This document shows, one piece after another, positions 11,506 to 24,000 of a stretch of DNA of 64,000 nt; within the stretch, counting starts at the first letter, position 1, and every line of letters begins with the position of its first letter. The position numbers and the translations under genes are program-made. The notes beneath the pieces are model-generated. The model was not told where the DNA came from. It saw only the letters and a program-made list of their open reading frames with translations, and did no database searches. The stretch covers positions 1-64,000 of the forward strand of contig QPMI01000406.1 of assembly GCA_004431415.1 (NCBI GenBank), given 5' to 3'. Origin of the DNA: Cyanophora paradoxa CCMP329. Lineage: Eukaryota; Plantae; Glaucophyta.

Positions 11506-12032
11506 CTGCTACGTCCCCCTGCGTAGCCTCGTGCTCGCCGCGGCCGCGGTACGGTGCCGGGCGCCGCGCCGGCGCGAGCGGCGCGCCCGCGCCGCGTGGG
11601 CGGCCTCAACCTGCGGAGCGCTTCATCAGACACCGCGAGCGATGCGCACGCCTTCGCTATCGGCCATCTCTAGCAGGCAGCTGCAGCTGCGGCCCGCAGC
11701 TGCGCGGGTGCCGCGGCGGAAGCGAATCGCTAGATCGAGGGCCCGGAGAAGAGGGAACGCACTCACAGACGCTAGGAGCTGTTCGCGCGCCCTCCGCAAG
11801 TCTCGCTCCGCGTGCAGACGCTGTGACGCGGAGATAGTCGATCAGCCACTTTCTTCAGAGAGTGCTCTGCTTTACGTTTCCGCACCCAACAGCGCGTCGT
11901 GCTCAACGCACACCCAGCACCGAAGTCTCAAACTGGGTGTACCCCTCTGGACCGGCGACCAGCCGCCGGGCACTGCCCGGCCCGAAGGCTGGGCCCACAG
12001 GCCAGCAATTGCAACAGCAATAGTATATCAGG

Positions 12033-13804
12033 ATGAGCGCTTTAGATAGCGGCGATCGCGATCGGCTGGCCCCGTCTTCTCGAACTCGAGCTCGTACGTA
12101 TACGCGTGCGCGTCTGGGCCTGGGCCAGGGTCTAGGCCATGGTCCTGGCGCATTTGGGCACATAGCGCTGGCGCTAGCCGCGGCCCCGCGCGCGCGCGCG
12201 CCGCGCGCGGCCGACATCGACATCGCATGCGCATGCGCAGGCTTCAGGTTGATCTGCGGAGTGTTCATGTTACTTGCTGTCACGGGGCTCGCGTCTGGAG
12301 CTGCATCTGGTCCGACGTCCGCGGCCGATCCGGATCCGTGCGCCGAGCTGCGCCCCGCCAACGTGACCCAGCGCTTCAAGGTGCACGCACCTGCATGCGC
12401 AGCGCGAGCGCCCGGCATTCTCATAGCTAGCCCCTTGTGGCTCGCGATGATGCATCTGGATGCTGATCATGAGATGGAACGTTAACAGATGGCGCTGAAT
12501 CTCACGGCCGCGGAGAAGAGCGGCCTGAGCTGGATCTCTACGCAGAGCAACACTGCTGAGTTCTGGGGGGCTTCGGGGGGCCGGCCCGGCGGGGTCCGGT
12601 CCCTCGGAGCCCGAGCTCGAGCCTGCGCCGACTGCTCATCCGCTGACGGGGAATGCCCGGGCCCGCAGGGAAAGATGAACGGCTACCCGCCTTCAGGGGA
12701 GGAGACGCGCATTTTTTGGCTGGAAGACTTCAGTGCGGCTCAGTACCAGCGACTTCAAGTTTGCGCACGTGCGTTTTGATGCCCCTTCTGACCATGATCG
12801 ACTCGAATTCCCTTACCTCGTGTTCAGTTAATGGGAACGATGCGCCTTCCACATTTCAATTTTACTGCACGTTCCCAAATTCCGGCGGAGGCTCCTCCAA
12901 CATCTGGATCAACGCCGAGAGCCCCTCTTCCTTCCCTGCTTCGGGGGTAATTATGTAATATAATCACATCTAAATTAACCGCCTCCCGGAGTCCCGTCCT
13001 CTGATCCCTAATCCCTCCTCGGGCCTAAAATTCCGCTTAGCTTATGATCAAGTCTAACAAGTCTAACATCTCAAAGCAGGCCAGTTTTTGGACCCACTAC
13101 GCGGTCGTCCTAGACACGGACGCGGGGTACGCTCGGGCCACCATCTACATCAACGGGACCCGCTTCGGATCTACGAACCGAACCATCTTCACCCTGCTCG
13201 TGTCCTCCCCGTACCCCCAGCCGAGAATCGTGATCCAGCTCGACCCGAACCCCTTGCGCGTCATGTACCCCTACACCATGACCAACGGCGGGTTCCTGTC
13301 CTTGCGAGAGGCACGTACCCTGCAGCGCGCCCCCCCCCCCCCCCCCAGCTTTTTATATTACTCATCGACATCGATCTCAAGGTCCGCTACTGGAGCCGCG
13401 CGCTTAACGCGTCGGAGATTCAGGACAACTGGGCCCGGAAGGTGGTCTACCGCAGCGAGCAGTACCCCTCCGTCCCATCACTGGTCATCAATGGTACCCC
13501 CTCCGATCTTTGAGCGTACGCCGACCGCCGGCGCCTGCTGACAAGCCGCCCAGTGCCGCTCACGCTGGGCGGCTTCTCGCCGGGGGCGCCGCTGTACCCC
13601 TCCAACTTCGTCAACGACGTGACGGGTACGGCGTTCTTCGACGCGGGCAGCACGACGCCCGCGGTCTTCGTGAGGCAGAACCTCACGGATGCCTTCCTGT
13701 GCGACCCGTACGGACCGCCGGCATCCTTGGAGGTCCGAGGCGGGGCCTCCATTCACCTCAGCGGCGGGAAAATCTGCCTCGGCGCCGTCGGCCTTCCGTG
13801 CTAA
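12033..13804 (+). CDS. Multi-exon, probably secreted concanavalin A-like/LamG (pentraxin-like) protein; start uncertain (12033 or ~12268)
   Basis: Hydrophobic leader MLLAVTGLASGAAS; LamG signatures WTHYAVVLD...IYINGT and VRYWSRALNASEIQ; last exon ends ...LGAVGLPC* at 13804. Confidence 0.65.
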
Positions 13805-14172
13805 TTATAATCGCGAGCTCGCGATGGGGGCCGGCGCGTGCCGCTCGCACTCTGGTCCCCGGAAACTCACGTTCGAATCGGTTCAGTTCCGCATTGCAAT
13901 TGCAGCTGATCAGTTCCGCACGTTCAATCGATATCGGATATCGAGTATCTGTTGCAGCTGATCGAAGCCCTCTTTTTCTTGTCCGATTCGAATTCAGATT
14001 TTTCAAATATAACACCGTTAACTTTACATTTGTCGAGGGCCCTTGCCCCGCCGCTGCACATGCATGCATGCAGGGTCGAGTCGAGCTCGAGCGCGGTGCG
14101 GTGCATTCAAAGAGACGCGGGGGGGCTATCCGGCGATCTACACGTAAGCTGTCCTTAAGCTCATGATCAGGC

Positions 14173-14759
14173 CTAGGCGGCGAGGGCGGGGGCGGCCTTG
14201 CGGGGGACCAGCCGCGAGTGGTCCCGCACCTCCACGATCTGCCTCGGGTTCGGATCCCGGCGCGGCGCCGGCCGGGCCGGCTCCGATCGGATCGGATCAA
14301 AGAGGGGCGGACCTTGCCGCGAAGGACGTAGCTCGTCACGTCGTCGATGAGCACGTCCACGAACTGCGGGGAGCCAGGGGCCGTCAGGGGGCGCGGATCA
14401 AAGGGCTCGGGCTTGGGGTCGGCCCGGGGCGAGCCTTGCCGCGGAGCTCGTCGATGGATCCGGGGATGTGGACTGCGCGGTTCGTCGGGGTACGCCCCAC
14501 GACGATCCCCTCCCGCTTGGCGCTCGAGATCTCAACCAGGACCTGCGGCGGCGGTCAGTCGGTCAGGCCGCGCCCGCCCCCCGCCGGGCCCGAGCCCGAG
14601 CGGCGCGGCGCGCCTCCTCGACGCGTCCGAGGTAGCGCTGGGAGCGGGCCGTGGCGCCGGCGTTGACGGCGCGGTTCAGCCGGTGCAGCCGGTCCTTCTT
14701 CACCTCCTCCGGCAGCTGGTCCCGTTTCCCGACCGATCAGGCCCAGACGCGAGAGAAGA

Positions 14760-14790
<31 letters not shown>

Positions 14791-15853
14791 AAGGACCTGG
14801 TCCTCCCAGACGGCGGCGGGGGTGTTGGGCCGCGGCGAGTACGCCGCCGTGTTCACCACGTCAAATTGGATCTGCACCCGGCGCGGGCCCCGTCGGCCTG
14901 GATCCTCCCGGGGGGGGGGGGGAAGGGGAAGGGGGGTACGGACCTCCTCGACGAGGCGCACGGTGTTCATGAACTGCTCCTCCGTCTCCCCGGGGAAGCC
15001 TGCCCGGCCCGCCCGGGCTCAGCGGGAGGGAGGGGAGGGAGGGAAGAGGGCCTAGAGCCCGGCGGGGCGCGGCCATCGTCCCGGGCGGGCGGGGGCGGGG
15101 CGGGGGCGGACCGACGATGGCGTCGGCGGAGATGCCGGCGTCGGGGATGCGCTCGCGGATCGCCGCGATGATCGCCTTGTACCGCTCGATCGAATCTGCG
15201 AGGCCGTGGGCGGGGGCGCGGGAGGCGGGGGCGGGGGGAAGAGGGGGAGGCGGGGAGAAGGGGAGGCGAGGTCGTGGGCGGGGGCACGGGAGGCGGGGGC
15301 GAGAAGCGGGGGCGGGGGCAGGGGAGGCGGGGGCGGGGCCGGGGGCGTGGGAAGAGGGGCCGGGGCCGCACAGCCGCGCTTCATGGCCTTGAGGACGTCG
15401 TCGTCCCCGCTCTGGAAGGGGATGTTGAAGTAGGGCATCACCTGAGCGGGAGGGGGGGTGAGAGGAGGGGAGGGATGGGGGTAGGGGGGGTAGGGGGCGA
15501 GCCTTGGGGAGCTCGGCGCAGGCGGCGATGAGGCGGGACGAGAAGTAGCGGGGGTGGGAGGTCGTGAAGCGGATCCGCTCTGCCCGCCCCGAAACGGATC
15601 GAATCTAGCTTTCTTTGGGGTAGCTGTGGGATCGGGCGCACCGATGCCGTCGACGTCGTGGATGAGGTGGAGAAGGTCCGTGAGGGTCCAGAGGTGCGCC
15701 CCGTCCGGTTTGGAGCCCGGCAGGTCCCTGCCCGGCAGGTGAGGCGGGGCGGGCGGCGCGGGCGGGGGACGCGCCGGCCGTAGGCATCGATGTTCTGCCC
15801 CAGAAGCGTGATCTCCTTGTACCCCATCGCCGCCAGGCCCTCCACCTCCTGCG

Positions 15854-15900
<47 letters not shown>

Positions 15901-17543
15901 AGTTGAGGGGGGTACGGGCGCGCCTTGCGGATGGCGTCGGGCTGGCGCGACTGCTCCGAGCCGCGCGTGAAGGGAACGACGCAGTACGTGCAGCGCTCGT
16001 TGCAGCCGTAGATGATCTGGAGGGGTATAAGAATTTTCGGGGGTACGCGTCGGGTAGGTCACGGGTACGCACATTGACCCACGCGGTGACGGACGACTCG
16101 CGGCGGGGCTGTGAGATGTCCTCCACAATCTGCAGGGGGGTACGTTGGCGAGAGGAGGGGGGCAGGCCCCGGTTGGTGCCGGGGCCCAGGCACCTCGGCC
16201 TCTTCCGTGGCGACGATCTGGCGGCCGCTGCTCCACACCTGGGAGGGACTCGGCTCGGGGGGTACAGGGAATCTTGGGGGGGGGTAGGCGCACGTCCTCG
16301 AGGAGGCTGCCGATGCGGTTGGCGTGCTGGGGGCCCAGCACCATATCCAGCTCCGGGACGCGGCTGCGCGGGGGCGGGTCGAGCTCGAGGGGCCGCGGGT
16401 TCGGATCCGGCGGGGTCCCGCACCGGAGGAGCTGGTCCCCCTCCTGCTGAGCCACGCAGCCGGCGAAGACGAGCGTGACGTCATCGCCCTGGCGCTTGCG
16501 ATCCGCCTGGTACCCCAGCGCAGAGTAGACCTGGCGTCGCCGGCGCGCGGACGATCCCGGGCCCGTCAGCGAGGGAGAAACGCGATGGGAAGCAAGGGCC
16601 GCCGGGCACCTTGTGCTCCGCAGACTCGCGGATGGCGCATGTGCTGCGGGCGGGGGGCGGGTGAGGGCGCGCGCGGAGCGGCGGCTCGGAAGAGCGCAGG
16701 CAAGATCAAAAGGCGCACTTGCACACGACCACCTGCGCGTCGTTGATGTCGTCTGCATGCGGGGAGCGGTGAGCGCCAGCGAGGCGCAAGTGGGCGAAAA
16801 CGAGGCGGGCGCAGACCCGTCCAGCGCATCCCCAGGTCCTCCATCGCGCCCGCCATGCGCTCCGTGTCGGCCTTGTTCATCTGGCACCCCCACGTTTGAA
16901 TCTGCGAAGGATCAGGAGAAGCGAGCGGTGCGCGTGTGGAGGTGCATCTCACGTGGAACTGCGCGCAGGAAAGGCGGAGGGGGGCGAGCGTCAGCGTGCA
17001 GAAGCCGAGGGACGATTTCAGCTGGGGTGGCATGGCTCGAGCGGCACGAAAGGCGGAGGGGGCTGGCGTGAGCGTGCAGGAGATGGAGGGGCGCGATTTC
17101 GGTTGGGGCGGGACGGCTCGAGCGGCACAGAAGGCGGAGGGGGCTGGCGACAGCGTGCAGGTGCCGGAGGGTCGCGATTTCGGCTGGGGGCGGCATGGCT
17201 CGTGTGTACACGCGTGCCGCACGGCATTGAGGCATTCGGCGCAGTTATCGCTGCGCTCTAGCTAAGCGCGGCGCACCTTCTTCCCGCTGCCGGCGTCGCT
17301 TTTGAGCGAGGTCGGCTTGTAGTCTCCGTCCAGCAGCTCCTCCTCCTGATCCATGTGGCATGTGGGCGAGGCGACGAACTGGCGGACAGGAGTGCGCCTG
17401 CTCGCTTTCACGCGCTGGCCGCGAAAGAAAGATTCATTGGCCGCGCTCGCGATCCGCTGGTGCTGGGGGGCAACTGTGGCGCTAGGCACAACCACGCGCT
17501 GAGCGCGCTGCGGCAGTGCGCCAGAGACTGCGAACGCTGCCAT
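14173..17543 (-). CDS. miaB: Plastid-targeted tRNA-2-methylthio-N6-dimethylallyladenosine synthase (radical SAM methylthiotransferase, UPF0004 + TRAM domains), many short introns
   Basis: Spliced exons give [108 protein letters not shown] and TRAM-domain GRTPTNR; stop at 14173-14175. N-terminal MAAFAVS...SFFRG transit peptide. Confidence 0.93.
16970..17210. repeat. ~80-bp minisatellite, 3 copies, in miaB intron 1
   Basis: AAGGCGGAGGGGG...AGCGTGCAG...CGATTTC recurs at ~16971, 17050 and 17131. Confidence 0.85.
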
Positions 17544-18023
17544 CTAAGAATCCCTCGAACTGCTGCGGCGAAACGCCCTCTACCCCCCAAAAAGGAGGAC
17601 CTGGGCGAGCGGCGCCGGCTGTGGTACGCGTGGTACCGGCTCTGGTTGAACGAGCGGCGCGCATCCGGGGGTGTCGATTGAAGCTAGTGCAGCCCTGGTT
17701 TCTGGTCCGCTCGACGAGCAGCGAGGTGACCCTAGCTCGTTGCCCGTGAGGCACGGCCCAGCGAGAACGCAGCGCAAAGCTTGAAAGCTTGAATATGTCA
17801 GGTTCTTTGTAGGCTCCGGACCAACGCTCTCCTCCGTAGCTAGCTGCTCGCAAACTCAAAGCCTCCGGAGCGTCGACGTGGGGGCTGCGAACACGCGCCG
17901 ACTCGTCCTAGGTTAGGTTGTGACTTTCAAAGCGACAGTAGCGTGCCAAGACAGGCCCCCGGAGCGGCAGGGCGCAGCTTGTGATCCGGGACCCGATCGG
18001 CGCGTCGACCGGCACCAGCGCCC

Positions 18024-21000
18024 ATGCTGAGGCGAAGAAAACGGAGCGAGCGCGGCGCTCGATGCCCCTGCGGCGTGGGCGGCGCGCGCGCGAGCCGCGG
18101 GGCGGCCGTGGCGCTCCTCCTCGCGGCGGCCCTGGCGGCGTGCGCCGCGCAAGTGGCGGACCCGGCGCTGGGCGTGGATTTCGGGACGACCGGCGGGTTC
18201 GACGGGCCGCGGGCGGTCGTGGTGCCGGCGCTCACCTTCACGAGCCCGCTGACGTTGGAGTTCAAGGTGAAGGTGGGGCAGGACCAGGAGCTGGGTGCCC
18301 GCCTCGTGGACTTCGGCAACCCCGAGGACGGCACCAAGTCCGACGTCGACAGCCTGGTGCTGCTGCCCGCCCGCCCCTCTGCGGCGCTTCTCCGGCCTCC
18401 TCGGCGCCTCACGCCCCCGCCCCGCCCCGCCCCAGCAAATCGCCTTCTGCCCGTCCTCGGAGGGCGCCGCCTGCGGAAACGTGCGACCGCCCCGCCCCGC
18501 CCCGCTCAGCGCCGCCCAGCGCCGACGCGCCGGCAGGTCGACGCGGGGAAGGTGGCCCTGCGGGTCACCCTCTACCAGTTCACGGCGCGCCTGAGCCAGT
18601 TCGTCCTCTTCGGCGGCGCCGACGGCATCCCGGTCCGCGCCGTAACCCCCCTTCCCCCCGCCCTCTCCTGACGCGGGGCGCTGCAGGCGGACGGCACGTG
18701 GCACCACGTCGCGATCGCCTGGTCGGCCCCGGCCACGAAGCAGGCGTACGGGTACCTGGACGGGACGCTGCGGACCACGGCGGCGTCGGAGCCGGTACCC
18801 GTCCCGGCGCCCTCGGCGCGGCGGACGCGCAACTTCATCGGGAGCCCGCTCGAGTGGGTCGAACCACGGGCCACGGGCATCTCCCTCGCCGGTGCCGCCC
18901 GCCCTCCCGCCCGCCCGCCCCCCCGCCCCCGACCTCCCTCCGGGTTCTTACAGCCGCCGCGCAGACTTCCGGCTGTGGGGCGTCACGCGGGGCGCGGCGG
19001 AGATCGCGGCGGCGATGAACGGGGATCCGGCCCCCGCCGCCCCGGGCGACCTGCTCCTCCGCTACAAGTTCGACGACTGCGGCGACAAGGGGGTGCGCTT
19101 GTTTCGAAGAAGCTCAGCCCCCCGCGGGGCCCAGCCGACGCTTGCGTTCCCGGCAGCCGATGCTGGGGGCGGTCGACTCGTCGGGGGCGGGCCTGCACGC
19201 GAGCCTGGTGGACGACGCGCGGCTCGCCTGCCCGGACCCGGCGCCCGCCCTCGCCGCGCAGCCGGCCGCCCCTTCGCTGCTGGCCGCCGCCGCCACGGGC
19301 CCCGTCTCCGTCTCGGCCACCATCGCCTTCACGGCGGGGCAGGGCGTCGCCGAGGTCGAGCTCCGCTGCTCCGGCTTCGGCGGGCCCGCCGTGGCCCGCC
19401 TCTCCGTGGCCGACGCCGACGCCCCCGGCGCCTACGTCACCGTCGCCGTCGCCGCATCCTACGGGAACGCGTACCCCCTCTCCTGCACCGCCGTCGCCCG
19501 CACGGCCGCGGGGCTCGTCTCGCCGGCCTCGTCGCCGGCGCTCTCGGTGGTCGTGCCCTCGGGCATGGCGCTGGCGGCGCAGGCGGCCCTCATGCCGGCC
19601 GGCAACCCACTCGCCTCCAACACCTTCCTCCGCGTCGGTCCGCTTCGTTTCCTCCGCCCCTTTCCTTCCCTTCCGGATTCGAACCCGCGCCCGCGCCCGC
19701 CGGCAGGCACGCCGGTGGCGTCGGACGAGGCCGTGACGATCGCGTACGCCGTACCCCTCCCCAACTACCTCCTCGGGCAGCGCCCGTCCTCCCACCGCCT
19801 CGGCCTCATCACCCAGACCCGCCAGGTGCCTTGCTCTTACCATCCCTCCGTTCTCTCTCTTCTGTCTTATCCTTGTCATGTTGACTTCTCCCTTGCAGGA
19901 TGTGTTCTTCTGCGACTACGACCTGGACGCGTGCCGCTGTACGGTCGTTCGGACGCTCAGCGGGGAGGGCGCCCGCGCCCTCCGCGGCGCCCGCCCCGTG
20001 GACTTCGCGTACGCGTCCCTCTCGCCGTATCCCCCCAAGGACCCCGACGCCCGCTTCCCCCCGCACCGCCTCGCCGACGCCGCGGTACCCCTTTTCTTCT
20101 TCTTCTCCCCCTTCCCATCTCTAACCCGGGGCGGCCTCAGGCTGCGTGGCATTGGAGCGCGGAGGCGTACGCCGCACGGTCGGACCTTATCGGCCCGGCG
20201 GCCGCCGGCGTGCTCCAGCCCCCCGCCTCCTGCGAGTCCTACGCCTGCTACACCTACGCCGCCCAGGTCCCTCCCTCCCCTCTGCGCTCTCTTCTTAGAT
20301 CGCGTTGGCCCGGCGATCCTCCGACCCCCTCCGCCGCAGCGCTGGGCGGGCTACGCGTTCAGCGGGTGCAACCCGGAGGGGTACGGCCCCATCCGGCCGT
20401 TCCCCCCGGACCTCTGCGCAACAGCGGACCCCTACGGTGCGCCTTTGCTCCTCCCTCCTCCTCCCTCCTTCCGCCAACCGAAGAGCGAACAGACTTCATG
20501 GCGTTCGCGCGGAACTTCTCGACCGACTTCCGGCACTTCAGGGCGGCCTACGAGCGGACCCTCTACGAGGCCGCCTCCGGCCTCTCCTCCGCCGCCTCCT
20601 CCGAGACGTGCGCCCTCTCCTTTCCTGTCCTTTCCTTTCCTTTCCTTTCCTTTCCTTTCCTTTCCTTTCGTTCCTCTGATGCTTCGTTCTCCGAAGGTAC
20701 GAGTGGGCGGGCCTGCTGGGGGCGCTGCACCTGTACAGCCCGGAGCCGGCCGGCGAGAACGCCAACGCCTCGCTCGCCTCCCGCCGCACCTTCCGCGTCC
20801 AGCCCGAGCTCCTCAGGTGAGCGCGACCGGCACGGGTCATCTGAGGCGCCGCACCTGAGGCGTTTCCCCCCCTCGCAGCTACGGCGCCTCGCGGCCGGAC
20901 GCGGACCCGGAGGAGGCGGCCGCGGGGGGGGACGAGGATTCCGCCCTTGGGCCGCACTACCCCTTCCCCTCCACCAACTGCCTCGACTGTCCGCCCTGCA

Positions 21001-24000
21001 CCGTACCCCCCGTTCCCATCATGTACCCCCCTCACCCGCCGTTTTCGGCGCAGTCTACGACGCGGAGCCGACGGGGCGGACGTTCGAGGGGGGCGAGACG
21101 ATGGCGGACGTGCGCCGCGCATACGGCGGTACCCCCACCGCCCTCCTCCTCCAGGACACCCGCGTGCGTGCCCCTCCCTCGGAAAGCGCACCCCTCCGGA
21201 TTCGAGCCGGCGCCGCCTGCGCAGTACTTTACGTTCTGGGGCCGCGGCTCTGCCTTCTTCGGGTCCTTCCTGGAGATGGGCCAGCCGAGCCGGGACTCGC
21301 GCGTCGTACCCCTCCTCAAGGCCTGCTCCCTGGGCGCCGGCGTCGCCCTCCTCAAGTTCGACTTGGCGGCGGTAGCCCCCGCTGGGACAACCCCGGGGAC
21401 CTCCGCGATCTACCAGCGCATCCCGTGGCCCGGCGCCGACGGCTCCGCCTACGCCGACTCGTTCCCCCCCGGCGCCAGCGTCCAGGCCGTTGAGGCGGAC
21501 GGGCGCGTGGCGGAGGGCGGGCCGCTGCTCTACCACGCCATCGTCCGCGTACCCTTCTTCCCCGCCGGTCCCGCCCAGTGCGCCTCGCCCCTCGTGGGCG
21601 GCGTCCTCTGCCCCGGCCTCAACGTCACCTCCGTCACCGCCATCTACACCTGGTACCCCCCTCGCTCTCGCCCCCCCCCCCCTGCCCATCTCATTTCCCC
21701 CCTAGGGAGGTGAACCCGGCGTCCTTCGCGGACGAGCCCGTGGGAGCGGCATCATCGCCGTACCCCTCCGCAACGGCCCTCTCCACGTACCGGACTGGGG
21801 TAGTCACCCACGGGCCCCCGAAGGTCCTCCGCACGGACTCAATCCCCCTCTCCGACCACTGGATCGTGCGCCCAGTACCCCCCCGCCCACGCCCCCACCC
21901 TCCCCCTCCCCCCTTCGCGTTGCTCGACGCCGACGCCTCCGCTCAGGTGCAGAACGAGCGCCCGCTGCACACAAGCGGCGGCTACGGGGTGCGAGCGCCG
22001 TACCCCGGCGAGAATCTGTACCCCCTAGCCCGCTCTGATTCCGTACCCCTATCCACAGTACTTGGAGGGCCGCTTCGTGGACCCGCCCAACGGGCGCTAC
22101 GCCTTCTACGTCACCGGCGATCAGATCATCCGAATCCGGTCCGCCCTTCCTCTTCTTTTTCCCTGTTTTTGTTTTGTTTTCTTTCTTCTTCTTCTTCGTC
22201 CTCTTAGCGCGGGGCGGCAGGAAAGCGAACAGCTACCAGAGCGGGATGGCGGGGGAGGTGGACGGGACGCTGCGGATCTACGGTGGGGACGGCTGGACGG
22301 GCTCGCGGCGCGAGTGGACGAGCGTGGCCGCCGCCGCGTACAAGGACGGCACGCTCTACGTCGTCAGGGAGGTGAGCGGCGCCGGGCCCGGAGGCTGATA
22401 ATAAAGGGCCGACGGAGGAGGGCCGCGGCGGGGTACAGGTGCACACGCCGGAGAACACGCGGATCTTCACGCTGGCGTCGGAGACAGAGACGCGCCCCCG
22501 CTTCGTGGCCGGCAAGCGCCTCAGGCGCAGCGCCGAGCGCGCCCCCAGCTCCCAGGTCCGGTCGCCCCCTTCTCCTTCCCCTGGTTCCTTTTCTGTCGCG
22601 CCGAATTCCTTTTCTCTGTCGCAGCTGCTTCGGATCGTGGGCGTCGACTCGGCCTCGTTCGCGGCGCCCTCGGTGAACGTCTCCCTCGTCGTCCCCAGGT
22701 TCCCGGTGCGTGCAAGCGAAGGCGAACGAAGGCGCCGCCCGGCCCCGCCTCGAGCCCACGCGCGGCTCGCCCCTCCCGCAGGCGAACATCATCAGCGCGC
22801 ACGTTGTGGACGACTACTCCTCGGGGCGCATGCTGGAGGCGGACCCCGCCCTGCCCTTCTCCGAGCTCCCCTGGGTCATCTTCGTCATCAGGTTCAGTGG
22901 CTTTAGCTACCCTCAGCTCTGCGTTCGCTCTCAGCAACTTTCGTTTTTGATGGCGCCCGCAGCGCGCCGCCGATGGTGATCAAGATGCACACGCGGTGCC
23001 CGGCGGGCCAGCGCTGGAACTGGGAGGCGGCCGTCTTCAACCGCTCCGTCGCCAACGTGGACCTCTGCGTGCAGCTCCCCGCCGGGCGCTACTCGCCCCT
23101 CGAGGGCCTGCTTCTGGACGAGGACGCTCCGCTCTGCCCCGCCGGGAACTACAGCGCCGCCGGCAGCACCGCCTGCAGCCAGTGCGAGAAGGGCACCTGG
23201 GCCGACGGCGGCGCCGCCGGCTGCTACGGTGCCCCACCCCTCCCTCCTCCTCCTCCCCCCAACCTCTCGTCCCGCCGCTGACTGACAGCGTACCCCTCCC
23301 GCCCCTCAGACTGCCCGCAGCACACGTACGCGAACGAGACGGGGATGCCGTGCACGCCCTGCCCCGAGAACCTCTTCACCACCGCCACCAAGTGGACCTT
23401 CCGTCCGCCCCCGCCCCCGGCCCCGCCTCTCCCGCCCGCCCATCCTTCTTATATCCCCTCCGCTGCAGAGTGCGCGCCGTGCCTGCCCGGGAGCTACCTG
23501 CCCCGCCCCGGCGACTCCAACTGCATCACCGTGCGCCTTGAGGACGCCGCGCCACGCCGCGCCTCGCTTGCCTTCGCCTGACGCCGGCCCCGCGCGGCCC
23601 GTTGACAGTGCCCGAGCAACGCGTACAGCGGTTTCGGGGCCCTCTACAACTGCTCCTACTGCCCCCTCGGCGAGTACCCCACCTCAGACCTCTCCACCTG
23701 CGCCAAGTGGTCCGCCCGCCCGCCCGCGCCCACCCTTCCTTTCCCCTTAAGCAATCGAGCTCGACTACTTCTGCTACCTTTTCCCGGTCGTTGAGCTTCG
23801 TTCTTCGTTCTTCGTTCGCTCGCGCCGCAGCAAGCCCGGGGAGTACCAGCCGTCGGAGAACGTCCCGTGCATCCCCTGCCCCCCCGGTGGGCCCCCGCCT
23901 CCGCCCTCGCCCCTCCCCCTCCCCCTCCGGCCTGACGCGCGCGCGCGCGCGCGTCAGGCCGCTGGAGCTCGGCGGGCACCTTCGGCAACTGCTCCGAGTG

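Noticed and set aside
14760-15900. Long poly-G/poly-C tracts as functional G-quadruplex elements
   Set aside because: Common intron pyrimidine tracts across this host; lengths unreliable in long-read assemblies.
15052-16893. 613-aa ORF as a single CDS
   Set aside because: Read-through of several miaB exons and GC-rich introns.
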